From IMG/VR virus record IMGVR_UViG_3300020477_000001, positions 64,001-128,000 of that record: 64,000 nt of DNA. One strand, written 5' to 3'. Both the position numbers and the translations under genes were made by a program. A model generated the notes under the pieces. The model did not search any database and had not been told where the DNA came from. It saw only the letters and a program-made list of their open reading frames with translations. Below are positions 29,897 through 39,997 of this stretch, one piece after another (position 1 is the stretch's first letter; the number at the start of each line of letters is the position of its first letter). Origin of the DNA: a virus.

Positions 29897-30130
29897 ATGA
29901 AAGACATCAAAGCACTCCACGACAGGATAAACCTACTCAACGAGTCCATACTGTTTGCCGACAAAGAAATCGACAGGTGTGCCACAGAGCTAGAAAAAAT
30001 CGAAGTACTACCAGACACAGATTACATAATGGCTAAAAGAGAAAAGTTTGTTAATTGTGTGACACTCATGTTCAAAAGGGTTAGGATGGATAAAGAAGAA
30101 CTCAGAAAAATAGAGAAGTCTCTTGGATAA
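29897..30130 (+). CDS. hypothetical protein
   Basis: ORF after sigma70-like promoter. Confidence 0.5.
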   Translation: MKDIKALHDRINLLNESILFADKEIDRCATELEKIEVLPDTDYIMAKREKFVNCVTLMFKRVRMDKEELRKIEKSLG

Positions 30131-30743
30131 AGACTTAACCCAATTACCGGAAAAAAATCTAGTCGCCCTCTCAAAAAAGGGCGACTGTTTTGCGTTTGAG
30201 GAGCTACTCAAAAGAAATAAAGATTTAGTTTTCGCCACCATTATCAGAAGACTCACGACAATAAGGCTCCCCCACATCAACAGAGGCAGTTCAGACGAAG
30301 AAGACATTTTTAGCATCTCGTCGTTTAAAGCTTGGAAGAATATAAAAAAGTTCAAAGGAGACTCCAAGTTTTCTACTTGGTTAACCCGTATAGCGATAAA
30401 TGAGATCACAGATGAAACCAGAAAAAATCTTAGAAAGCACTCACTCTCCCTCGACTCCCTAATTGAATCCACTGGAGACAAATCTGCGCTTCAATATTGC
30501 GAACAATCAACCAACCAAGCATTCGACAATTTATCGCATAAAGATATCAGAAAAATTTACGAAAAAGCTTTAACCAAATTATCCCCACAGCAAAGAATGG
30601 CGATCCATCTTTTTGTAAACGATGGTTTAACCTACGGAGAGATTTCTAAGGTCTGCTGCGTCCCAATAGGGACAATAATGTCTAGGCTTTTCTATTCTAG
30701 AAAAAAACTAAAAAAAGAAATAGAATTGCTTCTCAATAAATAA
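30123..30743 (+). CDS. ECF (RpoE-like) RNA polymerase sigma factor
   Basis: AFEEL, FKGDSKFSTWLTRIAIN region 2, GLTYGEIS...PIGTIMSRLFYSRKKL region 4. Confidence 0.9.
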   Translation: MDKDLTQLPEKNLVALSKKGDCFAFEELLKRNKDLVFATIIRRLTTIRLPHINRGSSDEEDIFSISSFKAWKNIKKFKGDSKFSTWLTRIAINEITDETRKNLRKHSLSLDSLIESTGDKSALQYCEQSTNQAFDNLSHKDIRKIYEKALTKLSPQQRMAIHLFVNDGLTYGEISKVCCVPIGTIMSRLFYSRKKLKKEIELLLNK

Positions 30744-30762
30744 TTAAAAAAAGTGTAATTAT

Positions 30763-31104
30763 ATGTTGAAGAAGATGACTCAAAAACTACTATCTAAGGT
30801 ACGTGATATCATGGGCACATGCGATACGCTAGACAACCCACTTGATAGAACTCTTTCTGTAGACGGAGACTCTTTCATACTTAAAAACCGACAAAACGGT
30901 AAAAGTATATTAATAGGCGAGGCTTACATAATACCCAAAAAAGAAGGCGGGCATAAACACATACTAGCTTTCAAAATAAATTCTAAAAAATGGAAGTGGG
31001 CAGAAAGCGAAGGCTTTACTAGGGACGAAATAATTGATATATTCGCAAATGAGATTTTTGAAGAACTGCATATCGATGACGCAACAGACTACTTAACGTC
31101 TTAA
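30763..31104 (+). CDS. hypothetical protein
   Basis: ORF directly after GTGTAATT motif. Confidence 0.55.
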   Translation: MLKKMTQKLLSKVRDIMGTCDTLDNPLDRTLSVDGDSFILKNRQNGKSILIGEAYIIPKKEGGHKHILAFKINSKKWKWAESEGFTRDEIIDIFANEIFEELHIDDATDYLTS

Positions 31105-31277
31105 AATGAAAGACCCGAAAATAAAGAATTTGAAAAAGTTGATCGGTCACTTACTTGAGAAGGCCCAACAAGAAGATTTGATTCACAAAAAGAAATCACT
31201 AGAATCAAATAAAGCCTCAGAAGCAATAGGTGATAGCTTCTGGGTGTTTCACTTAAAGGAAGCTCAACGACTCATAA

Positions 31278-32006
31278 ATGATATCGAAAGATAAAAACAT
31301 ATACCTCTTTGACATAGATGGCACACTCACTGAGCCTCTATCCAAGATGGATTCCAGTTTTACTTATTCTTTTCTTTCATGGATGGCCGATAAAAAAGTG
31401 TTCTTAGTAGGGGGCAGCGATTTTAAAAAAATATCATTACAAGTTCCTCAAAGCGTAATTAGCAGATGTTCTGGAATTTTTTCTTGCATGGGAAATGAAC
31501 TTAGAACTAAAGAAGGAATAAAATATCAAAAAGAATGGAAAGCCCCAGTTAAGTTGCTCGACGAATTACTAGAGATAAGGAAGTCTTCTAGATACGAAAA
31601 CAAACGTTCCAAATATATAGAATCAAGGCGCGGCATGATTAATTTCTCTGTGGCTGGCCGAGACTCAAGCGAGGAAGAAAGAAAAGATTACTTTCTCTGG
31701 GACCAGAAAAGTAAAGAAAGAATAGTAATTTCGAAAAATTTAAAACGCAAATTCCCAGAGCTAGATATCTGCATAGGCGGCATGATAAGCTTAGACATCC
31801 AACCTCGCGGATGGGATAAAGCCCAAGCTGTAGACTGGATAAAAAGTCAAAGACAGTACGAAAACTGCAAAATGTTTTTCTTCGGAGATAAGTGTCACAA
31901 CGGGGGCAACGACGAGTCCCTGTTTAAGAGGGTTACGAAAGAAGGCGGGGAAGCATACAATGTAGAAGGCCCGAAAGAGACACTAGAAATAATCAGCAGA
32001 CTTTAG
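31278..32006 (+). CDS. phosphomannomutase-like HAD (eukaryotic PMM-type)
   Basis: FDIDGTLT, VGGSD, RRGMINFS..GR, IGG.IS.DI.P.GWDK, FFGDK..GGND. Confidence 0.8.
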   Translation: MISKDKNIYLFDIDGTLTEPLSKMDSSFTYSFLSWMADKKVFLVGGSDFKKISLQVPQSVISRCSGIFSCMGNELRTKEGIKYQKEWKAPVKLLDELLEIRKSSRYENKRSKYIESRRGMINFSVAGRDSSEEERKDYFLWDQKSKERIVISKNLKRKFPELDICIGGMISLDIQPRGWDKAQAVDWIKSQRQYENCKMFFFGDKCHNGGNDESLFKRVTKEGGEAYNVEGPKETLEIISRL

Positions 32007-32313
32007 AGAGACTCTTTATTTGGCCTGTTAGATTTAAGGCGTTCTCGCAGCTAATAGAACTTGTTCTAATTGTCATTGGGTAGTTTAATTCCGTATCCAA
32101 TCGTATTCCTTCAATTTTCCATTCTGGATAAACAAAGTCATCAACGAAATCTATCCATCCCTTAGACTTCAAGGTCTTATAGTATGCATCTACTTCCTTC
32201 TGCCTAGCCTCAACCAGAACGTCTAGACCGATTTCCTCCTTAGATATCATTGTAACGTACCTAAAAAACAAACCCTCATTGCAAGTCAAATTTGACACAA
32301 CAATCAGATTCAT
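31993..32313 (-). CDS. hypothetical protein
   Basis: ORF; ATG 32313 follows GTGTAAAA motif. Confidence 0.5.
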   Translation of the reverse strand: MNLIVVSNLTCNEGLFFRYVTMISKEEIGLDVLVEARQKEVDAYYKTLKSKGWIDFVDDFVYPEWKIEGIRLDTELNYPMTIRTSSISCENALNLTGQIKSLSKVC

Positions 32314-32332
32314 ATAGTATTTTACACTGAAA

Positions 32333-32593
32333 ATGGACCAAATTAACAGCTTTTTCATATCAGTTGCAGGAATTTTTTATTTTTTAAATTTATTTAAATT
32401 ATACAAAGACAAAGACGTAAAAGGTATTAGTGTCCTAAGTATTATGTTCTTTAGTTTTTGGAATTTCTGGACTTTATATTTTTTCTGGGGCACAGAATTT
32501 CTGTTAACTAAGTATGCATACATAGTCGTCTCCTTCGCCAACTTTCTTTACCTTTGCTTACTTTTTCGATACAAAGTGCTTGACAAGGATTAA
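32333..32593 (+). CDS. PQ-loop/SemiSWEET-like 3-TM membrane protein
   Basis: Three hydrophobic helices, KLYKDKDVKGIS. Confidence 0.5.
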   Translation: MDQINSFFISVAGIFYFLNLFKLYKDKDVKGISVLSIMFFSFWNFWTLYFFWGTEFLLTKYAYIVVSFANFLYLCLLFRYKVLDKD

Positions 32594-32616
32594 AAAAAAC
32601 ATTTTAATTCCCTCAC

Positions 32617-32820
32617 ATGACAGAAGTAAAAATCGAAAAAGGAATGACAGTAGACAGAGCGCTCAAACTTCTCAAGAAAAAATTAGACAGAGAAGGCACT
32701 CTAAAAGAAGTAAAAGAGAGAAAGCATTTTACCCCGAAAAGCAGGATTAGATACGACAAAAAAAGAACCGCCAAGTACAACGCGAAGCAGCAAGCGATTA
32801 GAGATAAGTACTGGAGATAG
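32617..32820 (+). CDS. rpsU: ribosomal protein bS21
   Basis: VDRALKLLKKKLDREG.LKEVKERKHF.PKS. Confidence 0.85.
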   Translation: MTEVKIEKGMTVDRALKLLKKKLDREGTLKEVKERKHFTPKSRIRYDKKRTAKYNAKQQAIRDKYWR

Positions 32821-32828
32821 ACGCCTAC

Positions 32829-33374
32829 ATGAGCCACCCCAACCTGCTTGAAAAAACTAAGACCTACCTCGTGGGTCATATGCAGTACGCCAGCGGTAGA
32901 GATTGGCGAACACAGGTGGAGCTAGAGCTTGAAAAGCTAAACATCACAACTTTCAATCCCTACAGGAAGCCCTTCGTAAAAGACGTAGATGAAGCCGAGG
33001 GTGCTCGCGAAAAGCTGCACGAAGATATGGAGAATGGCTTTTACAATGATGTTGCTAGCTATATGAGCGTAATTAGGAGCTATGATTTAAATCTAGTCGA
33101 TAGATCAGACTTCATTATTGCTCACTTATTGCCAGATGTTGCAAGTTGGGGTAGCGCAGAAGAGCTAGTCACCGCAGTCAGAATGAAAAAACCCATATTC
33201 ATCTCCATGGAAGGCGGCAAAAACAAAACCCCTCTCTGGATGATGGGAATGATTCCACATAACTATATCTACAATAGCATCGAAGAAGTCTTAAAAATAA
33301 TTAAACAAATTGACTCTGGAGAAAAAACAATAGATAGCGACAGATGGAGGCTTTTGAGGAAAGATTTACGTTAA
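32829..33374 (+). CDS. nucleoside 2-deoxyribosyltransferase-like protein
   Basis: YLVGHM...DWR, FNP, DLNLVDRSD, GSAEE, KPI. Confidence 0.65.
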   Translation: MSHPNLLEKTKTYLVGHMQYASGRDWRTQVELELEKLNITTFNPYRKPFVKDVDEAEGAREKLHEDMENGFYNDVASYMSVIRSYDLNLVDRSDFIIAHLLPDVASWGSAEELVTAVRMKKPIFISMEGGKNKTPLWMMGMIPHNYIYNSIEEVLKIIKQIDSGEKTIDSDRWRLLRKDLR

Positions 33375-33420
33375 TTTTTTTTGACTTAATTAAAAACATA
33401 TATTACAGTTAATTAAGAAA

Positions 33421-33702
33421 ATGAGAATGGATAAGATAGTACTGGGTAGGTTTTACTTTGATAAAGAGGAAGAGCACGTTGTACAGGCTCGACAGAAAGC
33501 GAATACGTCGTCAATTTTAGCCACTAGACACAGCCCAACGCCTTTTTTTGTGAAAGCCTCGACTTTGAGGGAAGCCTCAAAACAAGAAGTAGATCAGTAC
33601 AAAGAAGAGACAGAGCAAAGAAAAAACAATAACTTTAAACTCCAGAAGCGCACAGCTAAAGTCAAATCTATTAAGAAGAAGAAGAAGGAGGAGGTTGCTT
33701 AA
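33421..33702 (+). CDS. hypothetical protein
   Basis: ORF with upstream TTGACT promoter and downstream terminator. Confidence 0.55.
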   Translation: MRMDKIVLGRFYFDKEEEHVVQARQKANTSSILATRHSPTPFFVKASTLREASKQEVDQYKEETEQRKNNNFKLQKRTAKVKSIKKKKKEEVA

Positions 33703-33730
33703 AGGGTGGAGTCGAAGTGGTAACCACGAA

Positions 33731-33769
33731 CCCCCGTCGTCTCCCCCACTTAGGACGGCGGGGGTTTTT
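33731..33769 (+). terminator. intrinsic terminator
   Basis: CCCCCGTCGTC...GACGGCGGGGG followed by TTTTT. Confidence 0.6.
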
Positions 33770-33800
33770 AGTTTAGAGACAACAGTACGCACAAGAAATA

Positions 33801-34898
33801 ATGGTAAAAGATAACGAAATAAATATATCCCCAGAAGAGTGGCTGCGGTTAAATGAGTCTTTCCCTAAAGAGGAAATTAAGAAAATGATCTCTGACGCCA
33901 TAGGAGACAATAACTTACCTATGCCCATGAGAAAAATCTCCGAGATGGACTCTATCTCAGACTTCGACAAACTAATCTCCTTTGACGATAAAGAAATAAT
34001 TAAAAAAGAAGAGTGGTTCACTAGGTACGATTATAGCAGTAAGTATCCATTGTCGAATGTTCTTTTTTCGACATGTAATACTGGCAACAAAGCCTCCGAC
34101 TACTACCAGCAAGAAAACCGTTGGCGATGCGATAGCATAAACTCCCCAAGCCCATACAGAACTTGGACCACGGAAAAATTTAGAATGACGCTCCTAAACG
34201 CCCTATGGAGTCTTAAGCTAGAAGAGGTAAACTCAAAAAATCTTAGAGCGTGTATCGCACTTAGAAAATACATAGCAAACCAGTTTAGACCTTCCGCAGC
34301 CAAAGCAATTTACAACTATTTCGGTGCTCAAAAAACATTAGATTTTAGCTCTGGGTGGGGAGACAGATTGTGTGGCTTTTTGGCTAGTGACGCAGAATCT
34401 TATGTAGGAATAGACCCCAATGAAAAATTATTTTCTGGCTATGAAAATATGTACGACATGTTCCTAGGGGAAAAGGAAATAGAAATCATAAATTGCTGCG
34501 CGGAAGATGTAAAGCTACCCGATAATGATTTTGACTTGGTATTTACATCTCCTCCATACTTTAATATAGAAAGATACACCCAAGAAGATAATCAATCTTG
34601 GAAGAAATACAGGAAAATTAATTCTTGGCTTGAAAACTTTTTATTCGTAGCACTGCAAAAGTCTTGGGATAGCTTGATAAATGGAGGATACTTGGCTATA
34701 AATATAAGTGATGTATACTCAAATCATACTATAAATAAAATTTGTGACCCAATGAACGATTTTATATCTGAATTAAAAAATTCTAAATACATTGGCTGCT
34801 ACGGGTATCAAATGAGAAAAAGGCCGAGTAGTGGAGCGTTAAAGGGCAAAAAAGGTAAATTCGCTGAGCCGATTTGGGTTTGGCAAAAAATAAAATGA
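33801..34898 (+). CDS. amino (N4-C/N6-A) DNA methyltransferase
   Basis: LDFSSGWG SAM motif, YVGIDPN, FTSPPY catalytic motif; no cognate restriction enzyme adjacent. Confidence 0.8.
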   Translation: MVKDNEINISPEEWLRLNESFPKEEIKKMISDAIGDNNLPMPMRKISEMDSISDFDKLISFDDKEIIKKEEWFTRYDYSSKYPLSNVLFSTCNTGNKASDYYQQENRWRCDSINSPSPYRTWTTEKFRMTLLNALWSLKLEEVNSKNLRACIALRKYIANQFRPSAAKAIYNYFGAQKTLDFSSGWGDRLCGFLASDAESYVGIDPNEKLFSGYENMYDMFLGEKEIEIINCCAEDVKLPDNDFDLVFTSPPYFNIERYTQEDNQSWKKYRKINSWLENFLFVALQKSWDSLINGGYLAINISDVYSNHTINKICDPMNDFISELKNSKYIGCYGYQMRKRPSSGALKGKKGKFAEPIWVWQKIK

Positions 34899-35209
34899 GA
34901 TTATTTTTATTTAAATTACTATTTAAGATAACTTGGTGGATCGCGCCCGATCAACGCCGCGTAAATAGGCTATTTGAAATGTACTTAGAGTACATTAAAG
35001 CAGAAGAAGATTACATTGCTTGCCAGAAAAGACAAGCCGAAATGGATGCTTGCATCCAGCCCAGAACCGAGACTTACGAGCATCTCACCACTAAAAAACA
35101 AAGAGACCTATATCGCGCAAGTATGCCCCCTAGGTCTTCTGATTCGAGTCAACCAAGAAGCCATTATTCTGACTATGAAGAAGCGAAAGCCTACCATGAA
35201 GGCCGATAA
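34895..35209 (+). CDS. hypothetical protein
   Basis: ORF coupled to the MTase stop. Confidence 0.45.
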   Translation: MRLFLFKLLFKITWWIAPDQRRVNRLFEMYLEYIKAEEDYIACQKRQAEMDACIQPRTETYEHLTTKKQRDLYRASMPPRSSDSSQPRSHYSDYEEAKAYHEGR

Positions 35210-35552
35210 AATGTCCAAAGATTTTGAAGATATTAAGTACTACATCAAACAAGCAGAAGAATATGGCCTCCTGCAAGAAGTAATAATTACTGCGATTAAA
35301 ACTGCACAAGTAAACCCCAACTACGAACCAGAGGTTATAATGGACATGGCCTGTGACGACTGGGATATCTAAAGCTACTTCTTTCCTACCCTAAAAGCTA
35401 TCACGCACACACCGATTGCCGTAGCGAGCTTACACAAAGAATCCAAAATGGCCATAGTTAATGCTAGTTCATTCATAAATATAATTACACTTAAAAAAGT
35501 TATACAATTAAAAATATTATATTGATAACCGCAACACGGTGTATATATTTAT

Positions 35553-35780
35553 ATGGCCTCGAAAGAAGACAAGTACGAAGACAATGTAGCTGGTAAATTT
35601 TACGTTGATACGGAATGCATTGATTGTAATTTATGCCGAGAATTAGCGCCAGAAAATTTCACCAACCACGAAGACGGATACTCTTACGTCTACAAACAAC
35701 CGAAAGAACAAGGTGAAGCAGACGCTTGCTTAGAAGCAATGGATAACTGCCCCGTCGAAGCCATAGGTGACGATGGATAA
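35553..35780 (+). CDS. single-cluster [4Fe-4S] ferredoxin
   Basis: CIDCNLC...CPVEAI. Confidence 0.9.
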   Translation: MASKEDKYEDNVAGKFYVDTECIDCNLCRELAPENFTNHEDGYSYVYKQPKEQGEADACLEAMDNCPVEAIGDDG

Positions 35781-35851
35781 AAGAAGCTCAAAACTTACGC
35801 CACAGAAGCCTTAAAGAAGTGTAATTAATTTTAATTAAAAAAGGAATTAAC

Positions 35852-37078
35852 ATGCCCCTTCCGTCTCCAAATAAAGGACAAAAAAAAGAAGAATTCGTAA
35901 ACATCTGTATGGACAATACTAAAATGCTAAACGAATTCCCAGACGACAAACAAAGAGCCGCTGTATGCTACTCCCAGTGGGACAAGTCAAATGGCTCCGT
36001 AGAGATGGATTTTTCGGGGCAGTACGTTCAAGCCAAGGAAGGCAAAACCCTAAACAAGCCATTCAGAACGCCAAAGGGTCCAAAGAAATTTTCTGTGTAC
36101 GTTAAGAACGAAAAAGGCAACGTAGTAAAGGTTAACTTTGGCGATCCGAACATGGAGATTAAGAGGGACGACCCGAAACGCAGAAAGAACTTCAGAGCAA
36201 GACATAACTGCGAAAACCCCGGTCCTAAAACCAAAGCTAGATACTGGTCCTGCAAGATGTGGAGCAAGAAGAGCGTTACCAAAATGACCAAGGGCTCAGA
36301 AGACTGCGAATGGGATGGCGAAACTTTTTTCGATCACGACGAACTATTAACCCTTAACCCATCATTAGCCTTCGTAGAAACAGAAATCACCGAAAATGAC
36401 GACATCTGCGAGTGCGAACCCAATGAGGCTACTCTCGCCAAGAAGGAAAAAACCCTTCCGCCCGCCCTCCAAAAACAAATCTTAAAGAAAAAGGGCAAGA
36501 AAAAAGAAGAGAATTCTAAAGAGGAAGAAGAGAAAGCTGAGAATAAATCCAAGGCAGACGAAGACGATAAAGTAGTGCTTCCATACTTGAGGCAGAAAAA
36601 AACTGCCGACGCTTACGAAATGAGTTACAATGAGTACAATCAAGTAATGAATTTCAATGACGCAGTAGAGACTAGGGATGACTTGCCAGTAGAAGACCTA
36701 GAAGAGGCTATTTCTGCGAAGCGTAGAGGACCAAAGTCTTCAGCGCAAACACCAGCTAAGCCCAGTGAAAGAAAAAAAGGTTCATCCAAAAATAAAAAAG
36801 GTAGCGCTGGCAAGAGCGGACCCGCAATTACTTTCTCAGCAAAAGTAACTGAGTCTCTAAAAAACAAAGTAAAAGAACACAACTCAAAATACCCTAAAAA
36901 AGTAACACTAAGCCAACTTAAAAAAGTATACAGAAGAGGTGCAGGAGCTTTCTCTTCATCGCACAGACCGGGTAAAACAAGAGGTCAATGGGCTATGGCC
37001 AGAGTCAACATGTTCTTAAAAATGAAAGCTGGTAAAAAAGTAAAAGACAGCTACAGAGCGGCTGACGGAGACATATAG
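35852..37078 (+). CDS. multidomain basic phage protein
   Basis: N-terminal MPLPSP...QRAAVCYSQW module, central KPFRTP.GPKKF.VYV...VNFGDP...RARHNC...ARYWSC module, C-terminal VYRRG.GA...SHRPG...QWAMARVN module. Confidence 0.55.
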   Translation: MPLPSPNKGQKKEEFVNICMDNTKMLNEFPDDKQRAAVCYSQWDKSNGSVEMDFSGQYVQAKEGKTLNKPFRTPKGPKKFSVYVKNEKGNVVKVNFGDPNMEIKRDDPKRRKNFRARHNCENPGPKTKARYWSCKMWSKKSVTKMTKGSEDCEWDGETFFDHDELLTLNPSLAFVETEITENDDICECEPNEATLAKKEKTLPPALQKQILKKKGKKKEENSKEEEEKAENKSKADEDDKVVLPYLRQKKTADAYEMSYNEYNQVMNFNDAVETRDDLPVEDLEEAISAKRRGPKSSAQTPAKPSERKKGSSKNKKGSAGKSGPAITFSAKVTESLKNKVKEHNSKYPKKVTLSQLKKVYRRGAGAFSSSHRPGKTRGQWAMARVNMFLKMKAGKKVKDSYRAADGDI

Positions 37079-37079
37079 A

Positions 37080-37517
37080 ATGATATACTTGCTCTACGGT
37101 CAGCCAGCTTCTGGTAAGACGACCCTAGGCAAATTACTATCCGAATATTTAGACTCTCCGTTTTTCATAGACGGAGACGAGTTTCGCTCTTTATTTTCCA
37201 ATGAAGACTATGGCCCAAGCGGGCGGTATTCTAACATCAAAAACGCAAACGCAGCTTGTACGTATTTAAACAAAGGTTTAAATTATGACGTGGTATTATC
37301 TTTGGTCAACCCATACGAAAGCCTCAGAAAAGAACTAAAGGAAAACAACCCAGACGAAGTTCTTGAGATTTTTTTACACTCAGAAAGAGAACTCAGAAAA
37401 GAATTCCACGTACAAGAATTCGAAATAGGTAATCCAGACATAACAATCAGTACTGATAAGCCTACAGAGATCACCTTCGTAAGCTTACTAGCTTACATAT
37501 CTGTCACTCTAAATTGA
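37080..37517 (+). CDS. adenylyl-sulfate kinase-like P-loop kinase
   Basis: GQPASGKTT, IDGDEFR, SLVNPY...R. Confidence 0.7.
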   Translation: MIYLLYGQPASGKTTLGKLLSEYLDSPFFIDGDEFRSLFSNEDYGPSGRYSNIKNANAACTYLNKGLNYDVVLSLVNPYESLRKELKENNPDEVLEIFLHSERELRKEFHVQEFEIGNPDITISTDKPTEITFVSLLAYISVTLN

Positions 37518-37566
37518 TTTTTTAATTGACTTAAATTAAAAAACAAAATACCTTGTTACGCACGAC

Positions 37567-37914
37567 ATGGAAAAAGAGAAATGCGACAAGTGTGACTGCG
37601 AGGTGACAACTGAGAACTGCGCCATAACTATGCACGCAATTGCATGGGACGAGCCTTACGCTGGGTTATTTGCTAGGCGTAGGTGCATCAACTGCTCTCC
37701 ATCAAGAGCGCAGCACATTGTTCACCCAGACTTTCCGCCAGTAGTAGACGACAGGGAGCAGTTCGACAAACGCAATCGGGAAGTATTCCCCGCAGAGGAA
37801 AAGGTAAGAGAGTTTGAAAAACGATGGACCGCTGCATGGCTTATGTGCCAACACCCAGAGGTAGCGGAAGCGCAACTACAAAAACTCGCAGCGACATGGA
37901 AGTCGCCCGATTAA
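37567..37914 (+). CDS. hypothetical Zn-finger protein
   Basis: CDKC and CINC pairs; own promoter. Confidence 0.5.
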   Translation: MEKEKCDKCDCEVTTENCAITMHAIAWDEPYAGLFARRRCINCSPSRAQHIVHPDFPPVVDDREQFDKRNREVFPAEEKVREFEKRWTAAWLMCQHPEVAEAQLQKLAATWKSPD

Positions 37915-38125
37915 TTATGAACGGAATCGAAATAAATGGAAAATACGTGCGAGCCTTTAAGTCTGGCAAGTTACCGAACGGCAAGCCTAGATGGGCCGTA
38001 GGTCTATGGGAGTTCGGGGATAGTGAAACAGAATACACGTACCCTAAAAGTTTTGAGAGTAAGGAAGACGCCCAAGTCTTCATAGCAGAACTAAACATAA
38101 GAGAATCGTAGAATTAGATTATAGA

Positions 38126-38473
38126 ATGAAAGACTTAGCCCCCGATATATGTAGACAGAGGATCGTTATTGAAGGTACTCTTTATAACGCTTTCAGCCCA
38201 GAAGACATGGACAGGTACTGCCGCGAAATGACCAAAGTCTTAGGTATGACTGAAGTCACCGCCCCATTCTGCAATCATGACCCCCAGTATGGATGGTGTG
38301 CTTACGCACACTGGAAAGAAAGCGGAATGCATGTTTATGCATGGGACAACAGAAAGCCTCCGTTTTTCTCTGTTGATGTTTATACCTGCAAGCCATTTAA
38401 CCCAGATCATGCAGTAAACTTCACAAGAGAGTTTCTTGGGGAGAATCTAATTGAGCTAGCATGGAAAGAGTAA
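38126..38473 (+). CDS. speD: S-adenosylmethionine decarboxylase proenzyme
   Basis: W.ESG.H.Y.W self-cleavage motif, SVDVYTCKPF. Confidence 0.75.
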   Translation: MKDLAPDICRQRIVIEGTLYNAFSPEDMDRYCREMTKVLGMTEVTAPFCNHDPQYGWCAYAHWKESGMHVYAWDNRKPPFFSVDVYTCKPFNPDHAVNFTREFLGENLIELAWKE

Positions 38474-38735
38474 CAAAAAAATACTGGAACCATGACGGTC
38501 CTCCCTCCCATTATCATGTTGAGGTAGATGGAGAGTTGGCCTTTAGAGGTAGCTATGACCAAGGGATACTGTTCATAAAGTCGCTCGACAACAATGGCAT
38601 GATAAACTTTAAAGACGACTTCATTCCCTATGCTGATATGCTTTGCAAAAGATATTACAGAGCCTTGATGTGCGAAAGGGAATTAAGGCGAGAAATAATT
38701 AAATTAAAAAAAGAAATAAAAAATAAAGCATCGTA

Positions 38736-39650
38736 ATGTCTTTAGTTAGATACAAAATTTATTACAAAGGAAAGCCTTGTCACGAGGTTAATGCACTTAA
38801 CAGACAAGACGCTGCCAGAAAGGCAAAATACTGGTTTTACAAACGTGTCGATAGAGGTGAGCTCAGCGGTAAGGTAAGAATGGTACTAACCATAGATGAC
38901 CCAAATAAAGAGGGCGAGTTTGTCCCGAACTTTAACGTACAGTTAGCTAAAAATAACTTCTTCCTAAAAGAAGACGCCGATAGGATAATCCAGCAGTCCA
39001 ATGGAATGCTAAGATACTCCACCAAAAGAGAAATAGAAAAAGCTTCTCAAAAAATCGGACACATAACGCAGTTTACTCGCATAAAAAGGCACAGGGTATT
39101 ACCTAAAAAAGTTAAAGGAATCCCTTACCTCTATAAATGGTACGATAATTACTACTACAATATTACTTTCAAAAATCAAAAAACCGTAGGCACAGTTTGG
39201 AGGAAAGGCGGCTCCCTAAATGTTGAGAGTAGCCCCAGATGGGAAGGTGACGGAAGAAAAGTTTGGAATAGCAAATCAATTAAAAAATCACCTGCTTGCA
39301 TCAAAAAAGGCAAAATGACCAGCAAGCACCGGAGTAAGCTACTGAGATTACAATCACCCACGGAGCTTGAGGCCATTTCCGAAATCCTAGACAAAAGACT
39401 TTACGAACTAGACAAATCTAGGGATGTAAAGAAGAAGATCGAAAAGATCAGAGACGCTAAATTAGAACTACAATTAAAAGAGGCGTTATCCTTCTTCCCT
39501 AATCTATGCAATATGCAAACCTCAGCCATCCTAAAAGATGGTATGAAAATCATAAATAATAAAGTATTCTACAGTAAAGACTGGCTTAGATTAATTGTAA
39601 ACGACGAACAACAACTCTACTCTGCTATCCGCAGCTTAATCAGACCATGA
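38736..39650 (+). CDS. hypothetical basic protein
   Basis: 304-aa ORF in operon. Confidence 0.55.
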   Translation: MSLVRYKIYYKGKPCHEVNALNRQDAARKAKYWFYKRVDRGELSGKVRMVLTIDDPNKEGEFVPNFNVQLAKNNFFLKEDADRIIQQSNGMLRYSTKREIEKASQKIGHITQFTRIKRHRVLPKKVKGIPYLYKWYDNYYYNITFKNQKTVGTVWRKGGSLNVESSPRWEGDGRKVWNSKSIKKSPACIKKGKMTSKHRSKLLRLQSPTELEAISEILDKRLYELDKSRDVKKKIEKIRDAKLELQLKEALSFFPNLCNMQTSAILKDGMKIINNKVFYSKDWLRLIVNDEQQLYSAIRSLIRP

Positions 39651-39997
39651 TAAAATATACAATTCAAGAAAGATTCTTCATTTTCCTAGGTTTAGTGTGT
39701 CTCGGCATGGTGTCTATTAATCACTATTACTTAAACAAGTACGATAAAGATATACAGGAGTCCTTAAATGAAAATTACGATATCTCTAAAAGACATATAG
39801 CAAACTCAATCAACAAAAGCATGGCCATAGAACACTGGAAATCCATGTACCTTGGCCAAAAAAGTTACTGCGAAATGCTAGAAAAACAGGTCAACGTAAT
39901 AAATGACTACTGGGGCAAAGAAAATTTAAAATTGAAAGATGAGCTTTTCGATCTAAAACACTCAAATACAAACAACTCAACCACCCCTAAAAAATGA
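39647..39997 (+). CDS. membrane-anchored coiled-coil protein
   Basis: N-terminal TM helix. Confidence 0.45.
   Translation: MIKYTIQERFFIFLGLVCLGMVSINHYYLNKYDKDIQESLNENYDISKRHIANSINKSMAIEHWKSMYLGQKSYCEMLEKQVNVINDYWGKENLKLKDELFDLKHSNTNNSTTPKK

Noticed and set aside
33703-33769. tRNA/tmRNA-like 3' end on the - strand (GGGGGTTCG...CTCCACC)
   Set aside because: No cloverleaf; better explained as a + strand terminator hairpin.
33801-34898. Restriction-modification system
   Set aside because: No adjacent endonuclease; treated as an orphan methyltransferase.
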